DNA of 46,062 bases, taken from positions 1 through 46,062 of the forward strand of contig JBKPHE010000045.1 of the NCBI GenBank assembly GCA_046744485.1. The letters run 5' to 3'. This stretch comes from Actinomycetota bacterium (GTDB lineage: Bacteria; Actinomycetota; Acidimicrobiia; Acidimicrobiales; VFJN01). Below are positions 29,002 to 39,067 of this stretch, in pieces; the first letter of the stretch is position 1; every line of letters begins with the position of its first letter. The notes under the pieces are model-generated. The model saw only the letters and a list, made by a program, of their open reading frames with translations, was not told the origin of the DNA and ran no database searches. The position numbers and the translations under genes are program-made.

Positions 29002-29559
29002 ATGTCCGGCCCGGTGGGGGACATCGATCTCGACGCCGTCGTCGCCATCGATGTCCACACCCACGCGGAGGTGTCGGCCGTGACCGGCCGCGGTTCATTG
29101 GCGCCCGAGCTGGAGCGGGCGGCCGACGAGTACGGCGTGATCGCACTGTTCCACACGGGGCAGACCGGCATCGGTGCCGGTGTGCCCGGGGGTGCCGGCC
29201 TGCGCCTGAAGTACTCCAACCCGTTGGACGTCGACGACGTGGCCGCCGACTTCCCCGACCTGCGCATCGTGCTGGCGCACCCGTCGTTCCCGTGGCAGGA
29301 CGAAGCGCTCGCGGTGGCCACCCACAAGCCGCAGGTTCACATCGACCTGTCGGGATGGTCACCCCGGTACTTCCCGCCCCAGCTCGTCCACTACGCCAAC
29401 ACACTGTTGGCGGACAAGGTCCTGTTCGGGTCGGCCTTCCCGATGATCACCCCCGACCGCTGGCTGGCCGACTTCGAGACGCTGGACATCAAGCCCGAGG
29501 TCCGGCAGAAGATCCTCAAGCACAACGCGGCCCGGCTACTCGGGCTGTCCCAAGGCTGA
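29002..29559 (+). pseudogene. CouO-like beta-ketoacyl-CoA hydrolase (amidohydrolase) with an in-frame internal deletion
   Basis: 'AIDVHTHAE' joined after about 25 aa directly to 'ALFHTGQTG'; only 185 aa; 'GSAFP' in place of the conserved GSD(F/Y)P. Confidence 0.78.
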
Positions 29560-29566
29560 GCGGGAG

Positions 29567-31093
29567 ATGCGCGACCAGGGGCTCGGGTCGTGGCCGGTTC
29601 GCCGGCGCCGCCTGTCACCGGACCACCTTGCGTTCGTGCACGGCGATACCCGCCGCACCTACGCGGACCTCGACAACCGCACCCGCCACCTGGCGGCCGC
29701 GCTGCGGGACCTCGGCCTCGAGTGCGGCGACCGGGTGGCCTACCTCGGACCGAACGACCCGACCCTCCTCGAGACCCTGTTCGCTACCACGGCGCTGGGC
29801 GGCGTGTTCGTGCCGCTCAACTGGCGGCTCACCGCGCCGGAGCTGACCTACATCGCTGCCGACTGCGGCGCGGCGGTGCTCGTGCACGCCGCGGCGATGG
29901 CCGACACAGCCACCGCCGTAGCGGCCGCCGGGTCGACGGCGGTGGAACGCCTGGTCGAGCTGGGGCCCGCGTACGAGAGGCTGGCAACCGGCGACGCGGC
30001 GGGAACCACCGCTGCGGCGGCCCCGATCGACGCGCTGGTGGAGCTCGGCGACCCCGCCGTGATCATCTACACGTCCGGCACGACCGGCCGGCCCAAGGGG
30101 GCGACCCTCAGCCACGGCAACATCACGTGGAACTGCTTCAACGTGCTCATCGACACCGACCTGGCCTCGGACGAGGTGGCGCTGGTGTGCGCGCCGCTCT
30201 TCCACGTGGCGGCGCTCGACATGGTGTCCCTGCCGATGATCCTGAAGGGCGGCACGATCGTCCTCATGGGCGCATTCGAGCCGTCGCGCGTGCTGGATCT
30301 CATCGAGCAGCATCGGGTGACGGTCATGTTCGGGGTGCCGGCCATGTTCAACGCCTTGTCCCAGCTTCCGGCCTTCACCACCGCCGACCTGTCGAGCCTG
30401 CGGCGCCTGCTGTGCGGCGGGGCACCGGTGCCCCTGTCCACCATCCGGACCTACCTCGATCGAGGCATCCCGTTCCTCCAGGGCTACGGGATGACCGAGA
30501 CGTCGCCCGGCGCCCTGTTCCTCGGCGCCGAGCGCGCCTCCGACAAGGCGGGCAGCGCAGGGGTGGCGTCGTTCTTCACCGATGTCCGCGTGGTGCGCCC
30601 CGACGGAAGCGAGGTGGAGCCGGGCGAGAAGGGCGAGGTGGTCGTCGCCGGCCCCAACGTCATGCGTGGCTACTGGGACCGTCCCGATGCCACCGCCGAG
30701 GTGATGGACGGCGAATGGTTCCGATCCGGCGACGTGGCCGTCGTGGACGACGACGGCTACGTCACGATCGTCGACCGGATGAAGGATGTGATCATCTCCG
30801 GCGGCGAGAACATCTACCCGGCCGAAGTGGAGGACGTGATCTACAGCCACCCCGATGTGGCCGAGTGCGCGGTGATCGGTGTCCCCGACGAGCGCTGGGG
30901 CGAGGTGGGCCGCGCCATCGTGGTCCGGCGTGCCGGCACGGCCCTCGACGAACGGGCCCTACTCGAGCACCTCGACGGGCGGCTGGCCCGCTTCAAGCTG
31001 CCGCGGTCGGTCGTGTTCGCCGACCGGCTGCCCCGCAGCGGCGCCGGCAAGGTGATCAAGGCCGAGCTGCGTGCCACATTCGGAACGGCATAA
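29567..31093 (+). CDS. Acyl-CoA synthetase (CouL/hydroxycinnamoyl-CoA ligase-like)
   Basis: 'MRDQGLGSWP', 'YTSGTTGRPKG', 'PLFH', 'QGYGMTETSP', 'SGGENIYPAEVE'. Confidence 0.85.
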   Translation: MRDQGLGSWPVRRRRLSPDHLAFVHGDTRRTYADLDNRTRHLAAALRDLGLECGDRVAYLGPNDPTLLETLFATTALGGVFVPLNWRLTAPELTYIAADCGAAVLVHAAAMADTATAVAAAGSTAVERLVELGPAYERLATGDAAGTTAAAAPIDALVELGDPAVIIYTSGTTGRPKGATLSHGNITWNCFNVLIDTDLASDEVALVCAPLFHVAALDMVSLPMILKGGTIVLMGAFEPSRVLDLIEQHRVTVMFGVPAMFNALSQLPAFTTADLSSLRRLLCGGAPVPLSTIRTYLDRGIPFLQGYGMTETSPGALFLGAERASDKAGSAGVASFFTDVRVVRPDGSEVEPGEKGEVVVAGPNVMRGYWDRPDATAEVMDGEWFRSGDVAVVDDDGYVTIVDRMKDVIISGGENIYPAEVEDVIYSHPDVAECAVIGVPDERWGEVGRAIVVRRAGTALDERALLEHLDGRLARFKLPRSVVFADRLPRSGAGKVIKAELRATFGTA

Positions 31094-31100
31094 CCGCAGG

Positions 31101-31124
31101 ATTGTTGACAATCATGCGGACAAC
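31101..31124. promoter_or_regulatory. Tandem operator (ATTGTTGACAAT + CATGCGGACAAC) upstream of the aldehyde dehydrogenase
   Basis: Same motif as the other three sites; contains a TTGACA -35-like hexamer. Confidence 0.75.
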
Positions 31125-31168
31125 TCATAGCGTCCGCCGTTGGAGCAATCCGCGGAGGGGGTGGCCCG

Positions 31169-32614
31169 ATGGCAGTCGAGACCGAGCGGCTGTTCGTCGG
31201 CGGTGCATGGCGCGATGCCGCCGGCACCTTCGATGACTTCAACCCAGCGACCGGCGACGTGTGGCGCAAGGTGGCCGATGGCGGGGCGGATGTGGCGACC
31301 GACGCCGTCGAGGCCGCCCGGGCGGCCCAGCCCGAATGGGCGGCGCTGCCACACGACCAGCGGGCGAAGGTCCTCATCGACGCCATGGGGGCGATCGGCG
31401 ACCTGCAGGACACGCTGGTCGAGGCCCTCGTCGACGAGGGTGGGGCCTGGATCGGCAAGGCCATGTTCGAGACCGGCTTCGTCGTCGGCACCGCTCAGGC
31501 CGCCGCGGCGGCGGCACACATGGTCGCCGGCGAACTGATCCCATCGGATCACGGCAAGGTGAGCATGGTCGTCCGCGAGCCCGTCGGCGTCGTCTCGGTC
31601 ATCACGCCCTGGAACTTCCCGCTGCTGCTGTCGATGCGGGCCGTCGCGTTCGCCCTCGCCGTCGGCAACGCCGTGGTCCTGAAGCCGTCGGAGGAGACCC
31701 CGCTCTCGGGCGGCGTGCTCGTCGCGAAGATCTTCGAGGCCGCGGGCCTACCGCCCGGCGTTCTCAACGTCGTCACCTGCTCCCGCGACCGGGTGGCCGA
31801 GGTCGGGGAGGTGATCGTCGGTCACCCCGCCGTGGGAGCGGTCAGCTTCACCGGCTCGACGGTGGTGGGCCGGGAGATCGCCGCACTGGGCGGCCGTCAG
31901 CTCAAGAGGGTGGCGCTCGAGCTCGGGGGCAAGGACGCCCTCATCGTTCTCGACGACGCCGACCTCGACCGCGCCGTCGGCGCCGCCACCTTCGGCGCGT
32001 TCATGCACGCCGGCCAGATCTGCATGGCGACCGAGCGAATCCTCGTCGACGCCGCCGTGGCCGAGGAGTTCACCGAGCAGTTCGTTGCCAGGGCCGCCGA
32101 GCTCGGCGTCGGCGACCCTCACAGCAACGTCATCGGGCCGGTCATCAACGCCAAGCAAGCGGTCAAGATCCGGCGGCACATCGACGACGCGATAGCTCAG
32201 GGTGCGACGCTGCGCACCGGGGGCGGGAACGACGGCCTGTTCTTCGAACCGACGGTGCTGGACGGCGTCGCCACGGACATGTCGGTCTGGACCGAGGAGA
32301 CGTTCGGCCCGGTCGCACCGGTGGTCACCGTCTCGGGGGAGGAAGAGGCCATCAAGCTGGCCAACGACTCCGAGTACGGGTTGTCGGCCGGCATCATCAC
32401 CGCCGACGAGGAGCGAGGCCTGTCGGTCGCCCGTCGACTGGAGACGGGCATGGCTCACGTCAACGACACCTCGGTGTACGACGAACCCAATGCACCGTTC
32501 GGCGGTGTGAAGAGCAGTGGGCTCGGTCGCCACGGCGGCAAGGCCGCCATCGAGGTGTTCACCAGGACGCGCTGGCTCACGCTCGAACGGGGCGGGCGGC
32601 TCTACCCGTTCTGA
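31169..32614 (+). CDS. Aldehyde dehydrogenase (aromatic aldehyde/vanillin dehydrogenase-like)
   Basis: 'TPWNFP', 'KPSEETP', 'FTGST', 'LELGGK', 'GQICM', 'EETFGP', 'PFGG'. Confidence 0.9.
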   Translation: MAVETERLFVGGAWRDAAGTFDDFNPATGDVWRKVADGGADVATDAVEAARAAQPEWAALPHDQRAKVLIDAMGAIGDLQDTLVEALVDEGGAWIGKAMFETGFVVGTAQAAAAAAHMVAGELIPSDHGKVSMVVREPVGVVSVITPWNFPLLLSMRAVAFALAVGNAVVLKPSEETPLSGGVLVAKIFEAAGLPPGVLNVVTCSRDRVAEVGEVIVGHPAVGAVSFTGSTVVGREIAALGGRQLKRVALELGGKDALIVLDDADLDRAVGAATFGAFMHAGQICMATERILVDAAVAEEFTEQFVARAAELGVGDPHSNVIGPVINAKQAVKIRRHIDDAIAQGATLRTGGGNDGLFFEPTVLDGVATDMSVWTEETFGPVAPVVTVSGEEEAIKLANDSEYGLSAGIITADEERGLSVARRLETGMAHVNDTSVYDEPNAPFGGVKSSGLGRHGGKAAIEVFTRTRWLTLERGGRLYPF

Positions 32615-32633
32615 GGTTGCCCGGCGCGGGCGT

Positions 32634-33221
32634 TCACTCCTCCACGTCGGTGCGGCTGCGACCCGACAGGATGATCAGCTCCTCGTGCAGCTCGAACCAC
32701 ACGGTGTGGTAGCTGTCCTTGAGCGGTGCCGCCAACATCGAGTGGTCCCCCTCGCCGACGAGCGTCAGCGCCCTCCGGAGTCGTCGCGGGTACAGGTCGA
32801 AGCGGTTGAGCGCGACCGAGAGGGGAGCGAGGGCGATCGACACCTGCGCGTCGGTGCGGTGGAGCCGGGCGATCACCCGTTCGTCGTGGCGGCGGTCGCT
32901 GTGGTCGTTGATCGTGAGCTCGCCGCCGACCGGCCGCATCTGCCAGTCGGTGACGATCTGCTTGACCTCGTCGTTGATCGGCACGAAGGACTCGTATACG
33001 GCGTCGATGACCGGGCCCGCCCGTTCTCGTTCGCGTGCGTAGAGCTCATCGGCGCGGCTGCGGCCGAGTTCGGTCACCCGGTAGCCGAGCTTCGTGTGCT
33101 CCACGAGCCCGGCCGCCTCGAGGTCTGCGATCGCGGCGGTCGCGTCGGCGTCAACCGCCGCGCCGAGCGCCTCGTGCGTCGCCCGCCCCTTCAGGCAAAG
33201 CACCTGTAGAAGGTGATCCAC
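32634..33221 (-). CDS. Winged-helix protein, Rv1126c-like family
   Basis: N-terminal wHTH ('LKGRA..YRVTELG'), 'TDWQ', 'NDHSD', 'DSYHTVWFELHEELI..GRSR'. Confidence 0.7.
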   Translation of the reverse strand: MDHLLQVLCLKGRATHEALGAAVDADATAAIADLEAAGLVEHTKLGYRVTELGRSRADELYARERERAGPVIDAVYESFVPINDEVKQIVTDWQMRPVGGELTINDHSDRRHDERVIARLHRTDAQVSIALAPLSVALNRFDLYPRRLRRALTLVGEGDHSMLAAPLKDSYHTVWFELHEELIILSGRSRTDVEE

Positions 33222-33270
33222 TACTCGTCCTCCCGAGGTGTTCCGTGCCCTGGCGGTTGCAGGATCGAAG

Positions 33271-33771
33271 CTATTCCCGGAGCCCGCCCTGCAGGGAACG
33301 GATGCCGCAGAGCAATGCCCTGCGCAGCGCCGTTCGGTCCTCGTCGCCCAGGCCGCTCACCATGCGTGCTTCGACCTCGTGCACGTCGGCATCGCAGCGC
33401 GCCAGCAGCGACCGACCCTTGGCGGTGAGCCGGGCCTGGAGGATTCGACCGTGGTCCGGGTGGGCGCGACGGCGAACGAGGCCCCGTTCCTCGAGTGTGA
33501 GCAGCACTTCGTTCATCGACTGCGGGGACACCAGGGCGCGACGGGCGAGCTGGGCATTGGAGAGGCCGCTCCGACGGTCGAGCACGCTCAGCGTCGTGTA
33601 CTGGTTGACCGACAGCCCCTGCGCCTTCAGCACTGCGCCGATCGCCCGTCGGACGACGCGATCCATGCGCCCCACGAGGTACAGCAACGTCGGCTCGTTG
33701 CCGTCGTCGGCGATCTCCATCGCGCGCTCCGCTTGCTCGGCCGCCACCGTGCCCGGGGATCGCTTCGCCAT
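33271..33771 (-). CDS. MarR family transcriptional regulator
   Basis: 'GLSVNQYTTL..L..SNAQLARRALVSPQSMN..L..LEERGLV.R..DHGR..LT.KGR'. Confidence 0.92.
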   Translation of the reverse strand: MAKRSPGTVAAEQAERAMEIADDGNEPTLLYLVGRMDRVVRRAIGAVLKAQGLSVNQYTTLSVLDRRSGLSNAQLARRALVSPQSMNEVLLTLEERGLVRRRAHPDHGRILQARLTAKGRSLLARCDADVHEVEARMVSGLGDEDRTALRRALLCGIRSLQGGLRE

Positions 33772-33797
33772 GGTGCTCTCAGCCCCTGCGCCGCGCC

Positions 33798-34631
33798 TCA
33801 GGCGCGGTCGAGCACAATGTCGAACGTCGTCGCCAGCTCACCGGCGGCGTCCGGCTCGAAGCGCCGGATGAGGCTGTCCCGCACGCCGAACACCGCGTCG
33901 TCGCGGAGGTGCTCGGTCTCCTCGTCGAACACGTGCGTGATCAGCTCCTTGTAGCCGTCGGCCCGGATCCACATGTGGGTGTGACCGGCGCGCATCCAAT
34001 TCCGGCCGTGGGCCTTGAGGAGGTCGCCGGCCGGCCCGTCCGAGGGGATGGGGTAGGGCACCGGCCGGACGGTGCGGATCTCGTAGCTGCCGTCGGCGTC
34101 GGTGGTGTAGATGCCCCGCAGGTTCTCGGGCGACTGCGCGTCGGGTTGCTGGACCGCATAGAACCCGGCGGTGCTGTTCTGCCAGCAGTCCAGGGTGGCG
34201 CCGGCGATCGGGTCGTGATCGATGTTCGTGACGGTGCCCCGGATCACGACGCGGTCGCCGTCGTCGGCATCGACGAGCATCGACTCGCCCTTGGCGCGTT
34301 GGGGGGACCCTGACACGTAGAAGGGTCCGAGCACGGTGTTCTCGGTCGTCCCCTCGACGCCGTCGTGCGTCAGCATCTCGACCAGGCTGGACACGCCCAG
34401 CGTGTCGGACAGGAGGATGAACTCCTGGCGGCTTTCGTCGCACTTCTGGCCCGTGGCCGTCAGGAACTGGATGCCGGCGAACCATTCGTCGCGCTGCAGG
34501 TTGACCTCCTCGGCGAACGCGTGCAGGTGGCGGATGGCGGCCTCCGTGATCTCGCGCAGGCGTGGGTTCGGCGAGTCCTCGTAGCGCGACAGCACGTCGG
34601 CCAAGAGCTCGGCGCGCGCTTTTTCGGTCAT
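33798..34631 (-). CDS. Intradiol ring-cleavage dioxygenase (hydroxyquinol/catechol 1,2-dioxygenase-like)
   Basis: 'RQEFILLSDTLGVS', 'TVLGPFY', Fe ligands 'GFY', 'YPIP.DGP', 'R..HTH', 'DAVFGV'. Confidence 0.9.
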   Translation of the reverse strand: MTEKARAELLADVLSRYEDSPNPRLREITEAAIRHLHAFAEEVNLQRDEWFAGIQFLTATGQKCDESRQEFILLSDTLGVSSLVEMLTHDGVEGTTENTVLGPFYVSGSPQRAKGESMLVDADDGDRVVIRGTVTNIDHDPIAGATLDCWQNSTAGFYAVQQPDAQSPENLRGIYTTDADGSYEIRTVRPVPYPIPSDGPAGDLLKAHGRNWMRAGHTHMWIRADGYKELITHVFDEETEHLRDDAVFGVRDSLIRRFEPDAAGELATTFDIVLDRA

Positions 34632-34679
34632 GGTGCGCTCTCCTTCGACCGGTCCCTTTGGGGGACCATCACTGTCCGA

Positions 34680-35526
34680 TCATTCTGGCGGTTCCACCGG
34701 GTCGTCCCCGGCGAGGATGCGCCGTGCCCGGGCGTCGAAGACGTCCAGGCTGGCGGGGTGGGTGAGGATGTAGAAGCGGTTGTCCTTGACTGCCTTGCAC
34801 ACCTGGTCGGCGATGTCCGCGGGGTTGTCGGCCAGCTGTGCGAGCTGCCGGCGCCTGGCCTTGTACGCCGTGACCTGCGCCATCTGATCGGTGTCGAGGC
34901 TGTAGGCGAAGCGCTCTGGCCGGTTGCGGTCGGCGGTGGAGATGTTCGTCCGAACCCAGCTCGGGCAGAGCACCGACACCCCGACCTTGCTGCCCTCGGC
35001 CGCGAGCTCGAAGCGCAGTGTCTCGCTCAACGCCACCACCGCCGCCTTGGACGCGTTGTACGGGCCCATGCGTGGCAGGTGGTAGAGCCCTGACGTCGAC
35101 GCCGTGTTGACGATGTGGCCGACGTCGTTGGCCCGCAGGTGCGGCAGGAACGCCCGAAGCCCGTGGATGACGCCGAAGAGGTTCACGGCGAGGACCCATT
35201 CGAAGTCCTCCAACGGCAGCTCGGCGATGGGCAGGCCCCGGCTACCCACACCGGCGTTGTTGCAGACCAGGTGGACGTCGCCGAAGTGCTCGAACGCCGT
35301 AGCGGCCAGCGCCGCCACGTCGGCCTCGACGCTCACGTCGGTGGGCACGGTGAGCACGTCGGCGCCGCTGCGGCGCAGCGCCTCGCCCGCCCGCTGCAGG
35401 ACCGGCCGCTCGATGTCCGCCAGCACCAGCCTCATCCCCTCGGCGGCGAAGCGCTGCGCCATGGCCAGGCCGATGCCCGACGCACCGCCGGTGATGACCG
35501 CAACCCTGCTTTCGAGGTCCTCCATG
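34680..35526 (-). CDS. Short-chain dehydrogenase/reductase
   Basis: 'TGGASGIG', 'NNAG', 'NTAS', 'YNASK'; start about 35525-35531, not fixed exactly. Confidence 0.9.
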
Positions 35527-35544
35527 GTCACGGCCCGCGCACCC

Positions 35545-36300
<756 letters not shown>

Positions 36301-36307
36301 CAGCGCG

Positions 36308-37024
36308 TCATACCTCCTCCTCCGTGCCCAGATAGGCGCGGACGACGTGGGGGTTGCGGAGAACCTCGGCCGTCGGGCCCGAGGCGATCAGCTTGCCGAA
36401 GTCCAGCACGGCGGTCGTCGCACAGCAGGCTGACACCAGGCTCATGTCGTGATCGACGAGGACGACCAGGGCGCCCGTCTCCTCGGGGATCCGCCGGATC
36501 AGCTCGGCCAGCCGCGCGGTCTCCTCGTCGGGCAGCCCGGCCCCCGGCTCGTCGAACAGGATCACCCGCGGGCGCCCGACCACCGCCCGCGCCACCTCGA
36601 CCAGGCGGCGCTGGGCGGCGCCGAGGCCCCCGACGAGCCGGTGGGCGACGTCGGAGAGCCCGGTGAAGCCGATCGCGTCCGAGACTTCGTCGCGGCGCGT
36701 GGTGCGATCGCCGCCGGTGTGCTCGTGGACCAGGAGGACGTTGTCGAACACCGAGAGCTCGGCGATCGCCTGCTCGGTCTGGAACGTGCGCCGGAGCCCC
36801 CACCGGGGCCGCTTGAAGTCGGGGATCGCCAGCAGGTCCTCGCCGAAGGCATTGACCCGGCCCGCGGACGGTCGGACGAACCCGCTGAGCACGTTGAAGA
36901 ACGTCGTCTTGCCGGCACCGTTGGGCCCGATCAGGCCGCACGTGCCGGCGGCGCAGTCGAGCGTCATCGCGTCGATCGGCACGACGCCGCCGAAGCGGAC
37001 GGTGAGGTCCTCCACCTCGATCAC
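36308..37024 (-). CDS. ABC transporter ATPase (LivG-like)
   Basis: 'VRFGG', 'GPNGAGKTT', 'RTFQ', 'DEPGAGL', 'VDHDM', 'AYLG'. Confidence 0.9.
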   Translation of the reverse strand: MIEVEDLTVRFGGVVPIDAMTLDCAAGTCGLIGPNGAGKTTFFNVLSGFVRPSAGRVNAFGEDLLAIPDFKRPRWGLRRTFQTEQAIAELSVFDNVLLVHEHTGGDRTTRRDEVSDAIGFTGLSDVAHRLVGGLGAAQRRLVEVARAVVGRPRVILFDEPGAGLPDEETARLAELIRRIPEETGALVVLVDHDMSLVSACCATTAVLDFGKLIASGPTAEVLRNPHVVRAYLGTEEEV

Positions 37025-38100
37025 GGTGCCGTCTTCCGTCGGGAGAACACCCGGCCGATGCGCCGGCCGAGGTTCGCCAGGTCCTTCGGCACCTGGTCGG
37101 CGAGGCCGCCTGGGGCGGTCAGCAGCACCTGCAGCACCCCGATGCCGAACAGGATCGTGAGCAGCTCGGTCGAGATCCCCCAGTCGTCGAGCAGCGCCGG
37201 CAGGATCCGCAACAGGAACGCGGCCACGATCGCGCCCCACAGGCTGTACACGCCCCCCATGAGGACGACCGCCAGCAGGGTGACCGACGTCTCGACCGGG
37301 AACTGCTGGACGCTCACCCCGCCGGCGGATGCCGCGAGCAGGCCTCCGGCCACGCCCGCCATGAACGAGGCGAGGGCGAACGCCCACAGCTTGTACAGGA
37401 CCGTGTTCACTCCCGCCGAGATGGCGGTTGCCTGGCTGTGGCGAATCGCGGCCCACGCCCGCCCGGGCTTGCGCCGCACATGCCACGCGGCGAGCAGGAA
37501 CATGAGTAGGGCCACCACGACGCAGTAGCGGAAGTAGGCGGCGTCGGTCTGCGCCAGCGACGGGCGGGGCATCCGTGACGAGGCGCCGCCCGCCGCAGAG
37601 TTGCCGAAGAACCCGCCGCCGCCATTGGGGAACAGCACGGCGCGGAGCACGATCGTGATGGCCCCCGCCGCCATCAGCGTGATCAGCGCGAGGTAGAGGC
37701 CGGAGAGGCGCAGCGCGGGCAGCCCGATCAGCGTGCCAACGGCGGCGGTGAAGAACCCGGCGGACAAGATCAGCACCGGGAACGGCAGCGACGTGGCGTA
37801 GCTGAGGCGCAGCGCCACCCACGCCCCGACCGCGGCCAGGACGACCTGGCACAGCGACACCATCCCGACCCGGCCGATCAGCAGGCCGAGGCCGAGCGCC
37901 ACCATGCTGTAGATCGCCGCCCCGGTGACGACCAGCATCCAATAGCTGTCGAGCAGCGGGGGGAGCCCGAAGAGGAGGAAGGCGATGAGCCCGGCGACGA
38001 TGGCCAGCCTGAGTGGTCTGCGCCTGGCTGTGCCGGGCGGGGCGACCGGTGCCGCGGGGACGACCTCGTCGGCCGCCACCGCGTGGACGTCCGTGCTCAC
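37021..38100 (-). CDS. ABC transporter permease (LivM-like)
   Basis: 'LPALRLSGLYLALITL', 'YKLWAF', 'MGG.YSLWG', 'PGG'; start uncertain. Confidence 0.85.
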   Translation of the reverse strand: MSTDVHAVAADEVVPAAPVAPPGTARRRPLRLAIVAGLIAFLLFGLPPLLDSYWMLVVTGAAIYSMVALGLGLLIGRVGMVSLCQVVLAAVGAWVALRLSYATSLPFPVLILSAGFFTAAVGTLIGLPALRLSGLYLALITLMAAGAITIVLRAVLFPNGGGGFFGNSAAGGASSRMPRPSLAQTDAAYFRYCVVVALLMFLLAAWHVRRKPGRAWAAIRHSQATAISAGVNTVLYKLWAFALASFMAGVAGGLLAASAGGVSVQQFPVETSVTLLAVVLMGGVYSLWGAIVAAFLLRILPALLDDWGISTELLTILFGIGVLQVLLTAPGGLADQVPKDLANLGRRIGRVFSRRKTAP

Positions 38101-38105
38101 CGCGA

Positions 38106-38999
38106 TCAGGTCCGTACCAGTGGCCGGCGGCGGGCGAAGAACAACAAGGCCACGATCGCCAGCACGAACGGCGTGATGGTCCGGTAGTCGGCGAGCGGCC
38201 GCGTGCCGATGTGGACCCTGGTGAAGGCCGTGAGGCACGACTGCACGATGCCGATGACGAACCCGGCGGCGAGGGTGACCCACAGCGAGTGGAGCCGGCC
38301 GATCAGCGCCGCCGCCAGCGCCGGGATGACGAGGAACGTCACCCCGACGATGTCGAGCCCGACGAGATCGCCGAGCAGCACGCCCGAGATGCCACAGACG
38401 ATGCCCGACCCGAGCCAGGCCGCGGCCTCGACCCGGCGGACCGGCACGCCGAGCATGGCCGTGATCTCGCGGTCGTCGGCCAGCGCCCGCATCGCCGTGC
38501 CCACCTTGGTGACGCGCAGGAACACCGCGGTGCCGGCGGTGACCACGATGGGGAAGATCATCCCCAGGATCTGCGTCCAGTTCACCCGCACGTCGGCAAT
38601 CTCGAAGTAGTGGAGCCGCGTCGGCAGGATGTAGGTGCGGGTGGTCGACGGGGGCCAGACCCACAGCATCACCCCCAACAGGATGAGCAGCAGCCCGATC
38701 GTGGCCGTCGCCTTGACCAGCGGGTCGCGGGCGGCGAACGGCGGCCCGAACACCAGCCCGTAGGCCAGCGTGACGACGCCACCGAACGCCACGCACGCGG
38801 TGTACGCGATCCACTGGTTCACGCCACCGAGCAGCGACCAGGAGATGAGCGCGCCCGTGGTGGCGATGGCGCCGTAGGCGAGGTTGAGCACACCCGTCGC
38901 CCGGTACAGGACGACAAGGCCCACCCCGTTCATGGCGAACACCCCGCCGAGCGCCAACCCCAGCACGAGGAACGGCTTGAGGTCATCTAGGCCTGGCAT
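38106..38999 (-). CDS. ABC transporter permease (LivH-like)
   Basis: 'GLVVLYRATGVLNLAYG', 'GTAMRALAD', 'ALAAALIG'. Confidence 0.88.
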   Translation of the reverse strand: MPGLDDLKPFLVLGLALGGVFAMNGVGLVVLYRATGVLNLAYGAIATTGALISWSLLGGVNQWIAYTACVAFGGVVTLAYGLVFGPPFAARDPLVKATATIGLLLILLGVMLWVWPPSTTRTYILPTRLHYFEIADVRVNWTQILGMIFPIVVTAGTAVFLRVTKVGTAMRALADDREITAMLGVPVRRVEAAAWLGSGIVCGISGVLLGDLVGLDIVGVTFLVIPALAAALIGRLHSLWVTLAAGFVIGIVQSCLTAFTRVHIGTRPLADYRTITPFVLAIVALLFFARRRPLVRT

Positions 39000-39067
39000 G
39001 GCTCCTCACCGAGCACCCTGATCTCCTGGATTTGAACGCTGTGGGGGCGGCTAGCTCAGCCGCCCAC

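Noticed and set aside
24175-29404. Very long antisense or alternate-frame ORFs (e.g. 24175-26310, 27296-29404; also 3194-4870, 19638-21638)
   Set aside because: Shadow ORFs expected from GC-rich codon bias; they overlap well-supported genes and have no motifs
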